Shown in pieces: positions 28,007-42,290 of a stretch of DNA of 64,000 bases (position 1 is the first letter of the stretch; every line of letters begins with the position of its first letter). Where the stretch lies: assembly GCA_951406725.2 (NCBI GenBank), contig OX597827.1, positions 71,238,001 to 71,302,000 of the forward strand. Reading direction: 5' to 3'. Both the position numbers and the translations under genes were made by a program. Below the pieces are notes generated by a model, which was not told the origin of the DNA, did not search any database, and was given only the letters and a program-made list of their open reading frames with translations. The stretch is from Octopus vulgaris. Its lineage: Eukaryota.

Positions 28007-30533
28007 TATATTAAACATTTTTATAAATCAATACCATGTTCTACTGCATTAGCAGTGTGCTTTTTACATCACTTATTAAGGTTATCTCTACAGATCATCA
28101 TCATCATCATCATCATCATCACTTAACATCCGTTTTCCATGCTGGCATGGATCGGATGGTTTGACCGAGGTCTGGAAACCCAGCAGCTGCACCAGGCTCC
28201 AATCTGATCTTGCAAGGTTCTTACAGCTGGATGCCCTTCCTAACGCCAACCACTCTGAGAGTATAGTGTGTGATTTTTACGTGCCACCGGCATGGAAGCC
28301 ACTCAGGCAGACCTAGCATTGACTACACTTGGATGTTGCTTTTTACATGCCATCAGCATGGGAGCCAGTCAAGGAGCACTGGCCACAGCTAAGATTTTGG
28401 TTTTACTTGATTCAATAGGTCTTCTCAAGAATATATCACCTGATGCATCAAGGGTACATTATAATGGGCCGGACATGCAACACTGGCATTGGCCATGGCT
28501 GCAATCTCACATTAGTTGCATGGAACACAACTATAGAATTACCATTTGGTAATTGGACAGACACATTCATTATCATCATCATCATCATTGTTTAACGTCC
28601 GCTTTCCCTGCTAGCATGGGTTGGACAATTGACAGAGGGCTGGCAAACCAGATGGCTGCACCAGGCTCCAATCTTGATCTGGCAGAGTTTCTACAGCTGG
28701 ATGCCCTTACTAACGCCAACCACTCCGAGAGTGTAGTGGGTGCTTTTACGTGCCACTAAATAAGTACCAGTTACACACTGGGGTCGATATAATCGACTTA
28801 ATCCGTTTGTCTGTCTTTGTTTGTCCCCTCTGTGTGTAGCCCCTTGTGGGCAGTAAAGAAATAAAATTACGACGACTTGTTGCCATATATAAAATGGTAA
28901 AGTGTGAGTAAGCTTTTAAAATTTTGAAGACTACACATATGACACTAAAAGGAAAAAAAAAGAAAAGAAATTATATGAAAACTGTATTTAAACAGTTAAA
29001 TGGTACTGCTTGGGAGAGGGGTTCAAGTTGCTATTACATCCTCATTTAATTATTATCCATCTCTTTTACTCTTTACTCTTTTACTTGTTTCAAGCATGTG
29101 ACTGTGGCCATGCTGAAGCACCGGCTTTAGTCGATCAAATCGACACCAGGACTTATTCTTTGTAAGCCTAGCACTCATTTTATCGGTCTCTTTTTGCGGA
29201 ACCGCTAAGTTACGGGGACGTAAACACACCAGCATCGGTTGTCAAGCGATGTTGGGGGGACAAACACAGACAGACAAACACGCACATACACACACATATA
29301 TATATATATACATATATACGACAGGCTTCTTTCAGTTTCCGTCTACCAAATCCACTCACAAGGCTTTGGTCGGCCCGGGCCTATAGTAGAAGACACTTGC
29401 CCAAGGTGCCACGCAGTGGGACTGAACCCGGAACCATGTGGTTCGTAAGCAAGCTACTTACCACACAGCCACTCCTGCGCCTCATTCATTCGTTTTATGT
29501 TTTTTGTCCCCACTGTGGTGTTCTGCTTGTCCTTGTGCCGTCCCCCTCTGTGTCATGGCCCGTGTGCCAAATAAAGAATATAACCAAGACAACTGCTACT
29601 CAGCAGTGAAAAAGGGGCCAAGAAAACATTCATTGACTAGTGCACAGAAGAATACATACCAAAACCGACACACTACACAGGATCATCAAGAGAAATAGAT
29701 GCAGAAAAACAAATAGAGCCAACATTTGTCAATGCAAGAGAAAAGTATGAAAGTGGAAAGGACAGGTGAGGGTGAAGCGACCCCGAGAAAAATTTGACGA
29801 AAATGATAGAGAGGAATTCTAGCGAATGAAGAAAGGCATGAAGGATTTATGGATACAATCAGTGGATTGGTAAGTATGACTGATGGGATATTGTTGCGTG
29901 ATGCACCGCTGCACGTAACGGAATATGAGGAGTTAAGAAAAAATAGAGATATGAACGGTATTGAAAAAAAAAAATGATGTTGAAAATATGAACTTTTTGT
30001 TTTCCAAAAATAGAGGAAAAACTGTTAAAAATCTTGAATAAATATCACCACTTGACTTTGGGGGTTGAGTGGGCATTGCGCTTCATTTTACTCAAGAATT
30101 TAATTTAATTTTAACATCTTTCTCAAAGCAACTTTCATAAACCAACAGCTATAACTGAATTAACTCTGTGAAAATAGTTTAAGAAAGTGTTTCCTTCAAT
30201 GTTTTGATTCCATTAATGAACATTTCTGTTTCATGGGTTTTTGACGAAATCCTTGAGTTGGAGACTTCAATAAATGAATTCCACACTTGTTTCTGTCTTA
30301 CAAATCATTGCAGTTCAGAGAGAAACAAGAAAAGAATATAATACTCATTTTAAGCAACAGTATACCTATTATTGTTGACCCCTGTTTGTGTGTGTGGCTT
30401 GAAAAACTTTGTCTCAAATCCGTGAGTAGGAGGGGACTTAAATAAATGAATTCCACACTTGTTTCAGTCTTACAAATTATTGTGGTTTAGAGAAATGTAA
30501 AGAAATAAAAATGTATATTAGACTCATTTTAGT

Positions 30534-30900
30534 GAAAAGTGCCCAGTGCCAATCTCATATACCAAAACATGTGTTACTAGAGGAAAATGATTCAATACGA
30601 TAAATGTGACATTCCTGACTAAGGAGGAAGTCAGGAAGCGTTTTATAACAGCCTTAAGGAGTGACAAACTGATTCTCATACCAATCTACTTGGCTGAAGA
30701 GGGGCCAAAGAAATTATTGAAAAAGTGTTATGATGATGTGCTTATTCTGAAAATATGCCTAAAACTTGTGGGTTTTGGGCAGAGTTTTGAATTAACTCTG
30801 TGAAAATAGTTTAAGAACTGTTTCCTTCAATATTTCGATTCCATCAACGAACATTTCCGTTTCATGGGTTTTTGACGAAATCCTTGAGTTGGAGACTTCA
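30534..30900 (+). repeat. ~360-bp direct repeat (second copy 32217-32580, partial copy 30158-30400), probable PLE pseudo-LTR
   Basis: Near-identical copies (both give the ORF-track peptide MTFLTKEEVRK...) immediately upstream of each PLE body. Confidence 0.7.
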
Positions 30901-31074
30901 ACAAATGCATCCCACACTTGCTTCTGTCTTACAAATTATTGCAGTTTAGAGAGAAACGAGAAAAGAATATAATACTTATTTTAAGCAACTGTATACCTAT
31001 TTTTGTTGACCCCTGTTTGTTTATGTGTGTGAGGGCTTGCTGGTTCACGAGGTTTCATTCATGGCTTGAAAAAC

Positions 31075-32100
31075 CTTGCTTTCAACGCTGTCTCTTCGTT
31101 GACTTGGCCAAACTGGAGATTGGTCTGGTGCGCAACTGCATAGAATAACAATACCATAAGACTGCAAATCTCTCCTTTCATCACAACATAATTGAGGTAA
31201 CCTCATGGTTTAAGTCAAACCAGGGCAGAGTCAGAACAAGGTTCACCCAATTCCGTATAGTGAACTTTACATGTATTTATACTGAGAGGGTTGTTACACA
31301 GATGACCCATTTTTGCTTAAGGATCTACTGGCATTAGTAATAGGAATGTAAATATGCTAAATGCATGCCAGAAAATCCTACTTTTCAATAACTGTTTGGC
31401 CTAGGTCAAACAAACAGACTTAGAAGGCACCTTTGATATGGCAATGTGGGCTTTTGACAGCATGTAATCTTATAGGATTCCTTATACTAGACACCCTAGA
31501 TTAGAAATTCCCTTCAACCTCTTTGGCCTTTATAGAGGTGATGCTTTAGCCAATCTCTGACAGGCTCAAGAAAGACCTGATCTAGATCCTTAACTCCCTA
31601 AGGCTCATGGATACTATAGAAACTAACTTATCCATAGTTAATTTCTAAGATATGACATTTGTTTCATACAGGCCCTACCACAAACCAAACAAAAAGCTGT
31701 TGCACACCAACAAACATTTCTACTACCTATCTAGAGAGTTTTAGAAAAATCATAAAAGGTAGCAGAAGGAGGATCCCAATTCCAGTCTGAACATGTTTAA
31801 CACAGCAACCCTTTCCTGTAATGAAGTTTTGTGGCCAATGGGTTTCGGGTTTGCAATACTACATGCCTGGCTGTATGTAACACCTAGAAAGCAAAGTACT
31901 GCCGCAAATTCCTCTGGTTTGCCTCCACCTTATCACTTTATATAAAGACCTTCATAGCAGAGTTTTTCTTAGATTAGTAGATAAACATTTTACTCATGAC
32001 CATAGATATGGGAAAATTTTCACAAGACATATCTTACAAATCTAATTCAGCCGTGAACCTAATACCAAGAAAATTTTAGTAATATCCCTACACCATGGGT
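31075..32100 (+). mobile_element. Older, more decayed Penelope-like copy
   Basis: Collinear nucleotide similarity to 32700-33660 (catggtttaag, caatgtgggcttttgaca, ctctggttt..cctccacct). Confidence 0.55.
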
Positions 32101-32639
32101 AGAGGAAGGCAGGCCCCTCAAGTAGTGATAACATTGTACAGCCACTTAACTGTCAGTGCCTTTACAAGGCAATATTAAGAACTTGAAAAGTGGAACGAGT
32201 GATACAGAGCTAAACTGAAAAGTGCCCAGTGCCAATCTCATATACCAAAACATGTGTCACTAGAGGAAAATGATTTAATACAATAAATGTGACATTCCTG
32301 ACTAAGGAGGAAGTCAGGAAGTGCTTTATAACAGCCTTAAGGAGTGACAAACTGATTCTCATACCAATGTACTTGGTTGAAGAGGGGTCAAAGAAATTAT
32401 TGAAAAAGTGTTATGATGATGTGCTTATTCTGAAAATATGCCTAAAACTTGTGGGTTTTGGGCAGAGTTTTGAATTAACTCTGTGAAAATAGTTTCAGAA
32501 CTGTTTCCTTCAATATTTCGATTCCATCAACGAACATTTCTGTTTCATGAGTTTTTGACGAAATCCTTGAGTTGGAAACTTTCATTTTAAGAAACTGTAT
32601 ACACCACTATTTTTGGCCTGTTGGTTTGTGTTAGAGCGA

Positions 32640-34095
32640 AGTAAAGACATAAAAAGAACACAGGCCGAGAAACTCGGCAAAGCCTGGGATCGAACAGGTG
32701 AGCAAATGCTTCATCCGGAAGATCAGTTAAGGCGTTAGAAATGTCTCTGACCTCGCCCTGTGGCGCAACATCAACAAAGTCCTTACATGGTTTAAGACCA
32801 ATAGCAGGAAGGGTGAGCTAGGTTTGCCCAATTTGATATAGTGAACTTCTAACCATTTATATTAAGGGAGCTTCTGTTAAAGGCACTCAACTTCAATAGG
32901 GCCCATACTGATGTCAACGATGAGGACATATGCACTATTATGCACACCAGAAGAACCCTACTCTTCAGTAAGGGGTCTGCTTGGACCAAACGCATTGACC
33001 CAGAGCATTCCTTCAATGTGGCAATGGGTGCTTTTGACATTGCGGACGTATGTGACCATGTTGGTCTCTTCATCCTAGATATACTAAAAAAGAAATTCCC
33101 TTCAACTAGCTTTGGCCTGTGCAGGGATGACGTGCTGGCAATATCAAGAGGGGGTAATGGCCACATGCTAGATGGGCTCAAAAAGGACTTCACAGGCACC
33201 ATGAACTCCCTCGGACTGAAGGTCACTATAGAGACCATCCTGAAAACGGTGGATTTCCTTAATGTGACCCAAGACCCGGAATCAGGTACCTATAGGCCGT
33301 TTAGGAAACCAAATGTGTTGTCTTACATTAACACAGGTTCCTGCCATCCAGCCATAGTGTTTAGGAACCTGGTTAAGGGCATCAGCAGGAGAATCTCTAG
33401 CTTGTCTTCAAGCAAAGAGATCTTTGATGCTGCTGCCCCATACTACAACTGGGCTCTGGCTGTCAGCAGTTTCAAGCAAAATATTAGTTACATGCCAGAC
33501 CCTTGCACCCCTAAGAGAAAGCACCACCAGAAAGTACTATGGTTCACACCACCATTCTCTTTAAACATTAAGACCAGAATAGGTAAGATCTTCCTTAATT
33601 TGATAGATACTTCCCTTGTACCAACAGATTCAGCAAAATATTTAATAGACATACCCTGAGATTATCCTTTAGCTGTGCACCCAGTGTAAAAAAGATTTAA
33701 AACCTGGGGCTGAGGAAGGACGCTTATACAGGGGTAACACAACTTGTCCACTAAACAGCCACTGCAATACAAAAACAGTTGTTTACAAGGCAGAAGTAAC
33801 AGCAACAGAACCCAATGGACAACTGAGCGTGCAGGAGTATGTTGGGGCAAATGAAGGTCCCTTCAGAACCCACTTTAATAATCACAAGTCCTCATTCAAC
33901 ATCGCAGAGAGACGTAATGCCACAACCCCAGCCAAGCACATCTGAATTTTGAAAGTGCTACAGAGTACAGTATAAAATGGAAGCAGGAAATGTAGATTAT
34001 GCCTGGCTGAGAAGAGAGCACTTTTAAAAGGTACCCAATACCCGAATGTTTACCTGAATAGCAGGAGTGAGGTGTTTATTCCTTGCCTGCATGAA
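32640..34095 (+). mobile_element. Penelope-like retroelement relic (RT + GIY-YIG; Naiad-like)
   Basis: FNVAMGAFDIADVCDHVG, GLCRDD, VDFLNVT, SCHP, WFTPPFS..KTRIGKIFL, CPLNSHC..VVYKAEV, YVG, NNHKSSF, CRLCLAEK; frameshifted. Confidence 0.85.
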
Positions 34096-34499
34096 AGGAA
34101 GTACGCTCTAATGTACCTGCACGCACCACCATGACTACAACTAAAGGTCTCCTGCCTCGACCTTCCGCAAAAAACCTTCCACCAATGCCCTTGAGCATGA
34201 CAGGAAGCTTGCTTCCAGGCATGCACTGTCCAGTAGTTGTGTGAATTTGTTGAGAGTCGGACGGTTTTTTCATGCTGCTTAGAAAATGTATTCAGACCTT
34301 AGCGTGTCTGAGTTGTCTTCAGCTGAGGAGGAGCTGGTTAGGGCAGTCATAAAGATGGACGGAGTGTTGGAGAAGACAAGGAGTTTTGCTGAGGCCATGG
34401 AGATAAAGTGAAGAGAGTTGAACTTGGCTGGTCAGAAGGAGTATGAAAGATGGTACAGAAGGTGGGTGGTGACATGAGGTTCTCGCCCCACCAAAAGAA

Positions 34500-34900
34500 T
34501 TATGGAGCGGATGGAGAGAAAAACGATCGCCTATAAGGTGTTCTTGTTACAAGGAAAAAAGGCTAAGCAGGTGGAAGCTGAAATGGAAAAGGCACTAAGG
34601 GAGCAGTCAAAGGAAATAACATACATAACTAAAGGAAGGAGATATGGGACAATGGTTGCCCAATTTACGACAGTAGAGGTGGCAAAGAGGCTGGAGTGTA
34701 GCAGTGAATACAGAGGAAGTAGTGCGTCTGCCCATATACCTTGGAAGAAAGACTTCAAAAGTAAGGGCAAAAGCAATACCACCTGATACAGAAGTGGCTT
34801 GGGTGGCGATGGCTGTCCTTGCTGGAAGCGAGAAGGTGGCTTTCCTTCGAGGCACAGGAATGGAAGAAGAGTGGAAATGGAAGACACCTGAATAAATTAT
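34500..34900 (+). mobile_element. LINE ORF1-like fragment (related pieces at 39320-39700 and 40840-40950)
   Basis: Shared motif: LPIYLGRKTSKVRAKAIPP / IPTYFGSWVTKVKIKDMPP / IPIYLGRRMIQVKI; frameshifted. Confidence 0.45.
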
Positions 34901-35084
34901 ACAGGCTGAGAGGGACAACTGGAGAGTTTGGCAGATATGGTAATGTTGGGGGAAATTGTGCTGAGAGTGTGGGTACAGAACTGAGTAACATATTCTTTTA
35001 AATGTGGCCAAAAGGACTACATTACAGCATACTGACCACTAAAGAGAAGGGGGTAACATTTGTACAATATGCAAGTGTCGAAAA

Positions 35085-38000
35085 CTCAACAACCAAGATA
35101 CTAAATACGATTCCATTATTGCTGTTCATTCTATGATAGAATTCATAGAAACCAGCATAACATTTGCAGCATTTGCAACTGCGGAAACCAACAACCAAGA
35201 TACTAAATACGATTCCATTATTGCTGTTCATTCTATGATAGAATTCATAGAAACCAGCATAACATTTGCAGCATTTGCACCTGCTATATACCAACAACCA
35301 AGATACTAAATACGATTCCATTATTGCTGTTCATTCTATGATAGAATTCATAGAAACCAGCATAACATTTGCAGCATTTGCACCTGCTATAAACCAACAA
35401 CCAAGATACTAAATATGATTCCATTATTGCTGTTCATTCTATGATAGAATTCATAGAAACCAGCATAACATTTGCAGCATTTGCACCTGCCGAAACCAAC
35501 AACCAAGATACTAAATACGATTCCATTATTGCTGTTCATTCTATGATAGAATTCATAGAAACCAGCATAACATTTGCAGCATTTGCAACTGCTGGAACCA
35601 ACAACCAAGATACTAAATACGATTCCATTATTGCTGTTCATTCTATGATAGAATTCATAGAAACCAGCATAACATTTGCAGCATTTGCAACTGCTGGAAC
35701 CAACAACCAAGATACTAAATACGATTCCATTATTGCTGTTCATTCTATGATAGAATTCATAGAAACCAGCATAACATTTGCAGCATTTGCACCTGCTGGA
35801 AACCAACAACCAAGATACTAAATACGATTCCATTATTGCTGTTCATTCTATGATAGAATTCATAGAAACCAGCATAACATTTGCAGCATTTGCAACTGCT
35901 AGAACCAACAACCAAGATACTAAATACGATTCCATTATTGCTGTTCATTCTATGATAGAATTCATAGAAACCAGCATAACATTTGCAGCATTTGCAACTG
36001 CTAGAACCAACAACCAAGATACTAAATACGATTCCATTATTGCTGTTCATTCTATGATAGAATTCATAGAAACCAGCATAACATTTGCAGCATTTGCAAC
36101 TGCTAGAACCAACAACCAAGATACTAAATACGATTCCATTATTGCTGTTCATTCTATGATAGAATTCATAGAAACCAGCATAACATTTGCAGCATTTGCA
36201 CCTGCTAGAACCAACAACCAAGATACTAAATACGATTTCATTATTGCTGTTCATTCTATGATAGAATTCATAGAAACCAGCATAACATTTGCAGCATTTG
36301 CACCTGCTAGAACCAACAACCAAGATACTAAATACGATTTCATTATTGCTGTTCATTCTATGATAGAATTCATAGAAACCAGCATAACATTTGCAGCATT
36401 TGCACCTGCTAGAACCAACAACCAAGATACTAAATACGATTCCATTATTGCTGTTCATTCTATGATAGAATTCATAGAAACCAGCATAACATTTGCAGCA
36501 TTTGCACCTGCTAGAACCAACAACCAAGATACTAAATACGATTCCATTATTGCTGTTCATTCTATGATAGAATTCATAGAAACCAGCATAACATTTGTAG
36601 CATTTGCACCTGCTGGAACCAACAACCAAGATACTAAATACGATTCCATTATTGCTGTTCATTCTATGACAGAATTCATAGAAACCAGCATAACATTTGC
36701 AGCATTTGCAACTGCTGGAACCAACAACCAAGATACTAAATACGATTCCATTATTGCTGTTCATTCTATGATAGAATTCATAGAAACCAGCATAACATTT
36801 GCAGCATTTGCACCTGCTGGAACCAACAACCAAGATACTAAATACGATTCCATTATTGCTGTTCATTCTATGACAGAATTCATAGAAACCAGCATAACAT
36901 TTGCAGCATTTGCAACTGCTGGAACCAACAACCAAGATACTAAATACGATTCCATTATTGCTGTTCATTCTATGATAGAATTCATAGAAACCAGCATAAC
37001 ATTTGCAGCATTTGCAACTGCTGGAACCAACAACCAAGATACTAAATACGATTCCATTATTGCTGTTCATTCTATGATAGAATTCATAGAAACCAGCATA
37101 ACATTTGCAGCATTTGCAACTGCTGGAACCAACAACCAAGATACTAAATACGATTCCATTATTGCTGTTCATTCTATGACAGAATTCATAGAAACCAGCA
37201 TAACATTTGCAGCATTTGCAACTGCTGGAACCAACAACCAAGATACTAAATACGATTCCATTATTGCTGTTCATTCTATGATAGAATTCATAGAAACCAG
37301 CATAACATTTGCAGCATTTGCAACTGCTGGAACCAACAACCAAGATACTAAATACGATTCCATTATTGCTGTTCATTCTATGATAGAATTCATAGAAACC
37401 AGCATAACATTTGCAGCATTTGCAACTGCTGGAACCAACAACCAAGATACTAAATACGATTCCATTATTGCTGTTCATTCTATGACAGAATTCATAGAAA
37501 CCAGCATAACATTTGCAGCATTTGCAACTGCTGGAACCAACAACCAAGATACTAAATACGATTCCATTATTGCTGTTCATTCTATGATAGAATTCATAGA
37601 AACCAGCATAACATTTGCAGCATTTGCAACTGCTGGAACCAACAACCAAGATACTAAATACGATTCCATTATTGCTGTTCATTCTATGATAGAATTCATA
37701 GAAACCAGCATAACATTTGCAGCATTTGCAACTGCTGGAACCAACAACCAAGATACTAAATACGATTCCATTATTGCTGTTCATTCTATGACAGAATTCA
37801 TAGAAACCAGCATAACATTTGCAGCATTTGCAACTGCTGGAACCAACAACCAAGATACTAAATACGATTCCATTATTGCTGTTCATTCTATGATAGAATT
37901 CATAGAAACCAGCATAACATTTGCAGCATTTGCAACTGCTGGAACCAACAACCAAGATACTAAATACGATTCCATTATTGCTGTTCATTCTATGACAGAA

Positions 38001-39135
38001 TTCATAGAAACCAGCATAACATTTGCAGCATTTGCGACTGCTGGAACCAACAACCAAGATACTAAATACGATTTCATTATTGCTGTTCATTCTATGATAG
38101 AATTCATAGAAACCAGCATAACATTTGCAGCATTTGCAACTGCTGGAACCAACAACCAAGATACTAAATACGATTCCATTATTGCTGTTCATTCTATGAT
38201 AGAATTCATAGAAACCAGCATAACATTTGCAGCATTTGCAACTGCTGGAACCAACAACCAAGATACTAAATACGATTCCATTATTGCTGTTCATTCTATG
38301 ATAGAATTCATAGAAACCAGCATAACATTTGCAGCATTTGCAACTGCTGGAACCAACAACCAAGATACTAAATACGATTCCATTATTGCTGTTCATTCTA
38401 TGACAGAATTCATAGAAACCAGCATAACATTTGCAGCATTTGCAACTGCTGGAACCAACAACCAAGATACTAAATACGATTCCATTATTGCTGTTCATTC
38501 TATGATAGAATTCATAGAAACCAGCATAACATTTGCAGCATTTGCAACTGCTGGAACCAACAACCAAGATACTAAATACGATTCCATTATTGCTGTTCAT
38601 TCTATGATAGAATTCATAGAAACCAGCATAACATTTGCAGCATTTGCAACTGCTGGAACCAACAACCAAGATACTAAATACGATTCCATTATTGCTGTTC
38701 ATTCTATGACAGAATTCATAGAAACCAGCATAACATTTGCAGCATTTGCAACTGCTGGAACCAACAACCAAGATACTAAATACGATTCCATTATTGCTGT
38801 TCATTCTATGATAGAATTCATAGAAACCAGCATAACATTTGCAGCATTTGCAACTGCTGGAACCAACAACCAAGATACTAAATACGATTCCATTATTGCT
38901 GTTCATTCTATGACAGAATTCATAGAAACCAGCATAACATTTGCAGCATTTGCGACTGCTGGAACCAACAACCAAGATACTAAATACGATTTCATTATTG
39001 CTGTTCATTCTATGATAGAATTCATAGAAACCAGCATAACATTTGCAGCATTTGCAACTGCTGGAACCAACAACCAAGATACTAAATACGATTCCATTAT
39101 TGCTGTTCATTCTATGATAGAATTCATAGAAATCA
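35085..39135. repeat. 102-bp tandem satellite, ~40 copies
   Basis: Unit aaccaacaaccaagatactaaatacgattcc...gcatttgcaactgctgg repeated head to tail; 34-aa periodicity in the ORF track. Confidence 0.97.
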
Positions 39136-39944
39136 TGGCAACATCTGTAGCAAATGTACAAGTTATAGAAACAGGAGATAAGACACCAAATACAATTCTA
39201 TCTTTGTTGCTTCTATCATAGGAACACCCGCCAGAAAGCATTTTGCAAGACATTTCCAAAAAAACCCATTATTTACAAAACCCTGAACACAAAAAATAAA
39301 AGATTAGAACAGGCCACTCAAGAAACAGTTGAGAAATGTCTACAGCCCATATGGGCTATTAAAACATACATTAGAAGAGGCAAAAGATTTGCCACCATCG
39401 AGATATGGTTTGATATGGAAGAACATACAAAGGAAGATGCCAGATGAACCCTGGAATGTGGGGAATTTATAATGATTCCCACTTACTTTGGTTCTTGGGT
39501 GACAAAGGTAAAAATTAAAGACATGCCTCCTGAAACAGAAATAAGATGGCTGGTGTCAGCCATCTGTTATGACTTTGGAGATCAAATCAACATCCTAGAA
39601 ATTGCCGTCCTGGGACAGAAAAATAGGATTGGACAAGAGTTGGATTTATTAATTCAAGATTCAACTTCCAGATGGCACAACCGTACAAGTGGCCGATGAA
39701 GGCAGAATGCGATGTTGCTGCCTTTGTATAACACCACCACAACACATAAAAATCATATATGTAACACAAAACACACTGAAATCTTACTACCCAGATGCAG
39801 TAGGGAGATTTCAATAATACCTTTCAAAAAACTATACAAAAACCTTTTGAGAAAACACTGAGGTGAAGGGTAAGCAACTTTTGAACAGCAAGTGACTCTC
39901 TCTCTCTTTCTTTCATGTGTAAATCACAACTTTCGATAGGAACA

Positions 39945-40240
39945 TACTCAGAATTGGTTGTATAAATGTGCATGGCCTGGAGTCGCCTTGGAAACAAGGA
40001 TACCTATTAAATAACATCAAGTCACAGAATGTGCATATCGTAGCCATCAGTGAGACCAGACTCCACAACCTGCAGGCCCTCCAGCACATGTTTGGCAGAA
40101 AATTCGACATTTATTTTTCTGTCTGCCGAGAATGGGCAGAGGTGGTACCAAGGTGCTTTTTCAGAAGAGTCTGGACCTCAAAGTAAGAGCAACATTCCTA
40201 GATCCAAATGGTAGGCTGGTCATCTTGAATGTCAATGGCA
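39945..40240 (+). mobile_element. L1/Tx1-clade APE endonuclease N-terminal fragment
   Basis: LRIGCINVHGL...VHIVAISETRL...GRLVILNV motifs. Confidence 0.7.
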
Positions 40241-41604
40241 CGTGTCAGGAAATCAACAACCACGAGACTAAATAAAATTTTATTATTGTTAATGATGGGA
40301 AAATTTGCAGAATCACGGCAAAAATCTGCATCAGATTTGTGGAGGAATCTATTACCAAGACATTCTAAACAATTCTACCATTGCTGAATCTAAAATAAAA
40401 TTCACAAAAATCACGGCAACATTTGTATCAGATGTACAAGCTACAGAAACAATGTCCAAAAACACCAAAGACACTTCTGTTATTGTTGACTAGGGAAGAA
40501 TTCATAACAGCATGAGTGCCACATGTAATTGTTTTGGAAACAACAAACATGTCACTGAATACGATTCTATTGTTGACGATAAATGAATTCATAGAAATCT
40601 TAGCAACAACTGTGCCATACAACAGTGTCAAGGAATCAACGAGAAGATAATAATCAGATAAAATTGTTAATGTTTTGTTGGCCCAAAACTTGTGTATTGG
40701 AATTGATATGCATTCCACCAAGCTGAACTTTGCTTAAAGAATATATGGACTGATATTGGTTTTGTGGGTCATGAGTATATTAGTTATTTTTCTACTTGGG
40801 AAACCCTGCACAAAAGCACTCCACCGTCTCATAAAAAAAACCCAAAAGATTTCACATTAATACCAATTTACCTGGGACGGAGAATGATCCAAGTAAAAAT
40901 CACAACAAGCAGGTCATCCAAACTAGGTTTCTGGTGGATGGTGAAATGCGTGGTTTTAGAAGATCGCAATGAAAGAGTGAGAGAAAGTTGTGGCGAAAGA
41001 GTACAGCAGGGATCGCCACCACCCCCTGCCGGAGCCTCGTGGAGTTTTAGGTGTTTTCGCTCAATAAACACTCACAACGCCAGGTCTGGGTTTAAATATA
41101 TTACTACCAATATATCATAATTTTAAAAAAATATTCTAATTCGATGAACCATAGCGCAAATGTAATGAGTTTTCCAATGTCAAAAGGTTTGCTAACCATG
41201 TAGTTGAGTAAATATGAATTGTCATTTATGCTGACGGTACTTTTCTTTGAGAAATTATGGTTGTAAGATTCTAACTTCTACGAGCCGATATAATTTTGTA
41301 GATTGTTCAAATACCAAAAGAAAAAAAGAATTTCTGGAATCTGAAGTTTTTTCAATAACACATTACACAGGTAAATATCATTGAAGCTGGGCAAGTATAC
41401 ATCCAAGGGTGGATGGCCAGTCCCAAGGTAAGAGAAACAAAAGTTGATAGTTCTCTATTTTTTCTGCGTTTCGTGATACACTCAGATAAATTTTTTATTA
41501 TCATGTATCTGATCTTAGATTAAATTTTGTATCCCTGTCTCTGAGTTGTATCTTTATATTCATGCTTATCTCCTCATCTTCCCCTCTTTTTTTTTACCAT
41601 ATCT

Positions 41605-42290
41605 GGAAAGTTTGCCACAGGAAAATTCACCTCAAGATTTTTGGCTATAAGAAAATTCGCCACATAGGAAATTTTGCCATAAGACAATTTCACTGGAAAA
41701 AAAAAAGATGAATTGCTGTCTTGGTATATAAGTGTTTCAACTGACCTATCATATTATTGAAGAAACTAATAATAAGAGGCAAAGTAATTTCTTTATTCAT
41801 TTGATAATATGGGAACTTAGCAGAGGCGGGGTGAAATTAGTTGATGATCTTAACTTTGCTTATAGATTAGACAGAAAATGGGGTGAAAAAAACATATTGG
41901 AAATGTGAAAGTAGAGAATGTAAAGAGTGCCTACCGTGCTGGAAAATGATAATTTATCTAAATGTAAAACATTCGGCGAGCATTGCCATCCTTCTCAGCC
42001 TTCAAAACCAAAAGTTTACAAAGCAAAAACGCAACTGAAATCACTAGCCACTAATTCACAAATTTCTGCGCAGTCATTAAGAGCAGAAATTTCATCTAGT
42101 TTAGATGATAACACATTGTCACTGATGCCGACATCATCGCATTTGTTCCACAATATTAGAGGTTGGAGGTGAAAGAAAAGCCAACCTCAACCGGAAAAAG
42201 AATATAGATTTCTTGAAAATGACGAGAAGTTTTTATTATACAATAGTGGTGAAGATAATCCGGAGAGAATTTTAGTGTTTGGCACACAAG
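41605..42290 (+). mobile_element. MULE-like transposon fragment (FLYWCH finger + transposase start)
   Basis: Short repeated terminal motifs (aaaattcgccac); SRGGVKLVDDLNFAYRLDR..TYWKCESRECK..GEHCHP; FLLYNSGEDNPERILVFGT. Confidence 0.6.

Noticed and set aside
29690-29990. + strand coding exon (donor-like GTGAGG/GTAAGT)
   Set aside because: No acceptor, interrupted frames and no recognisable protein; probably TE debris.
30690-30780. Hammerhead within the PLE-flanking repeat (CTGAAGA...)
   Set aside because: I could not build stems II/III or place a matching GAAAC and cleavage triplet.
35085-39135. CRISPR array
   Set aside because: No unique spacers, no cas genes, and the context is eukaryotic.
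35757-39221. 1134-aa and 1147-aa ORFs as genes
   Set aside because: They arise from a stop-free 102-bp tandem unit; there is no proper start context, splice support or domain.
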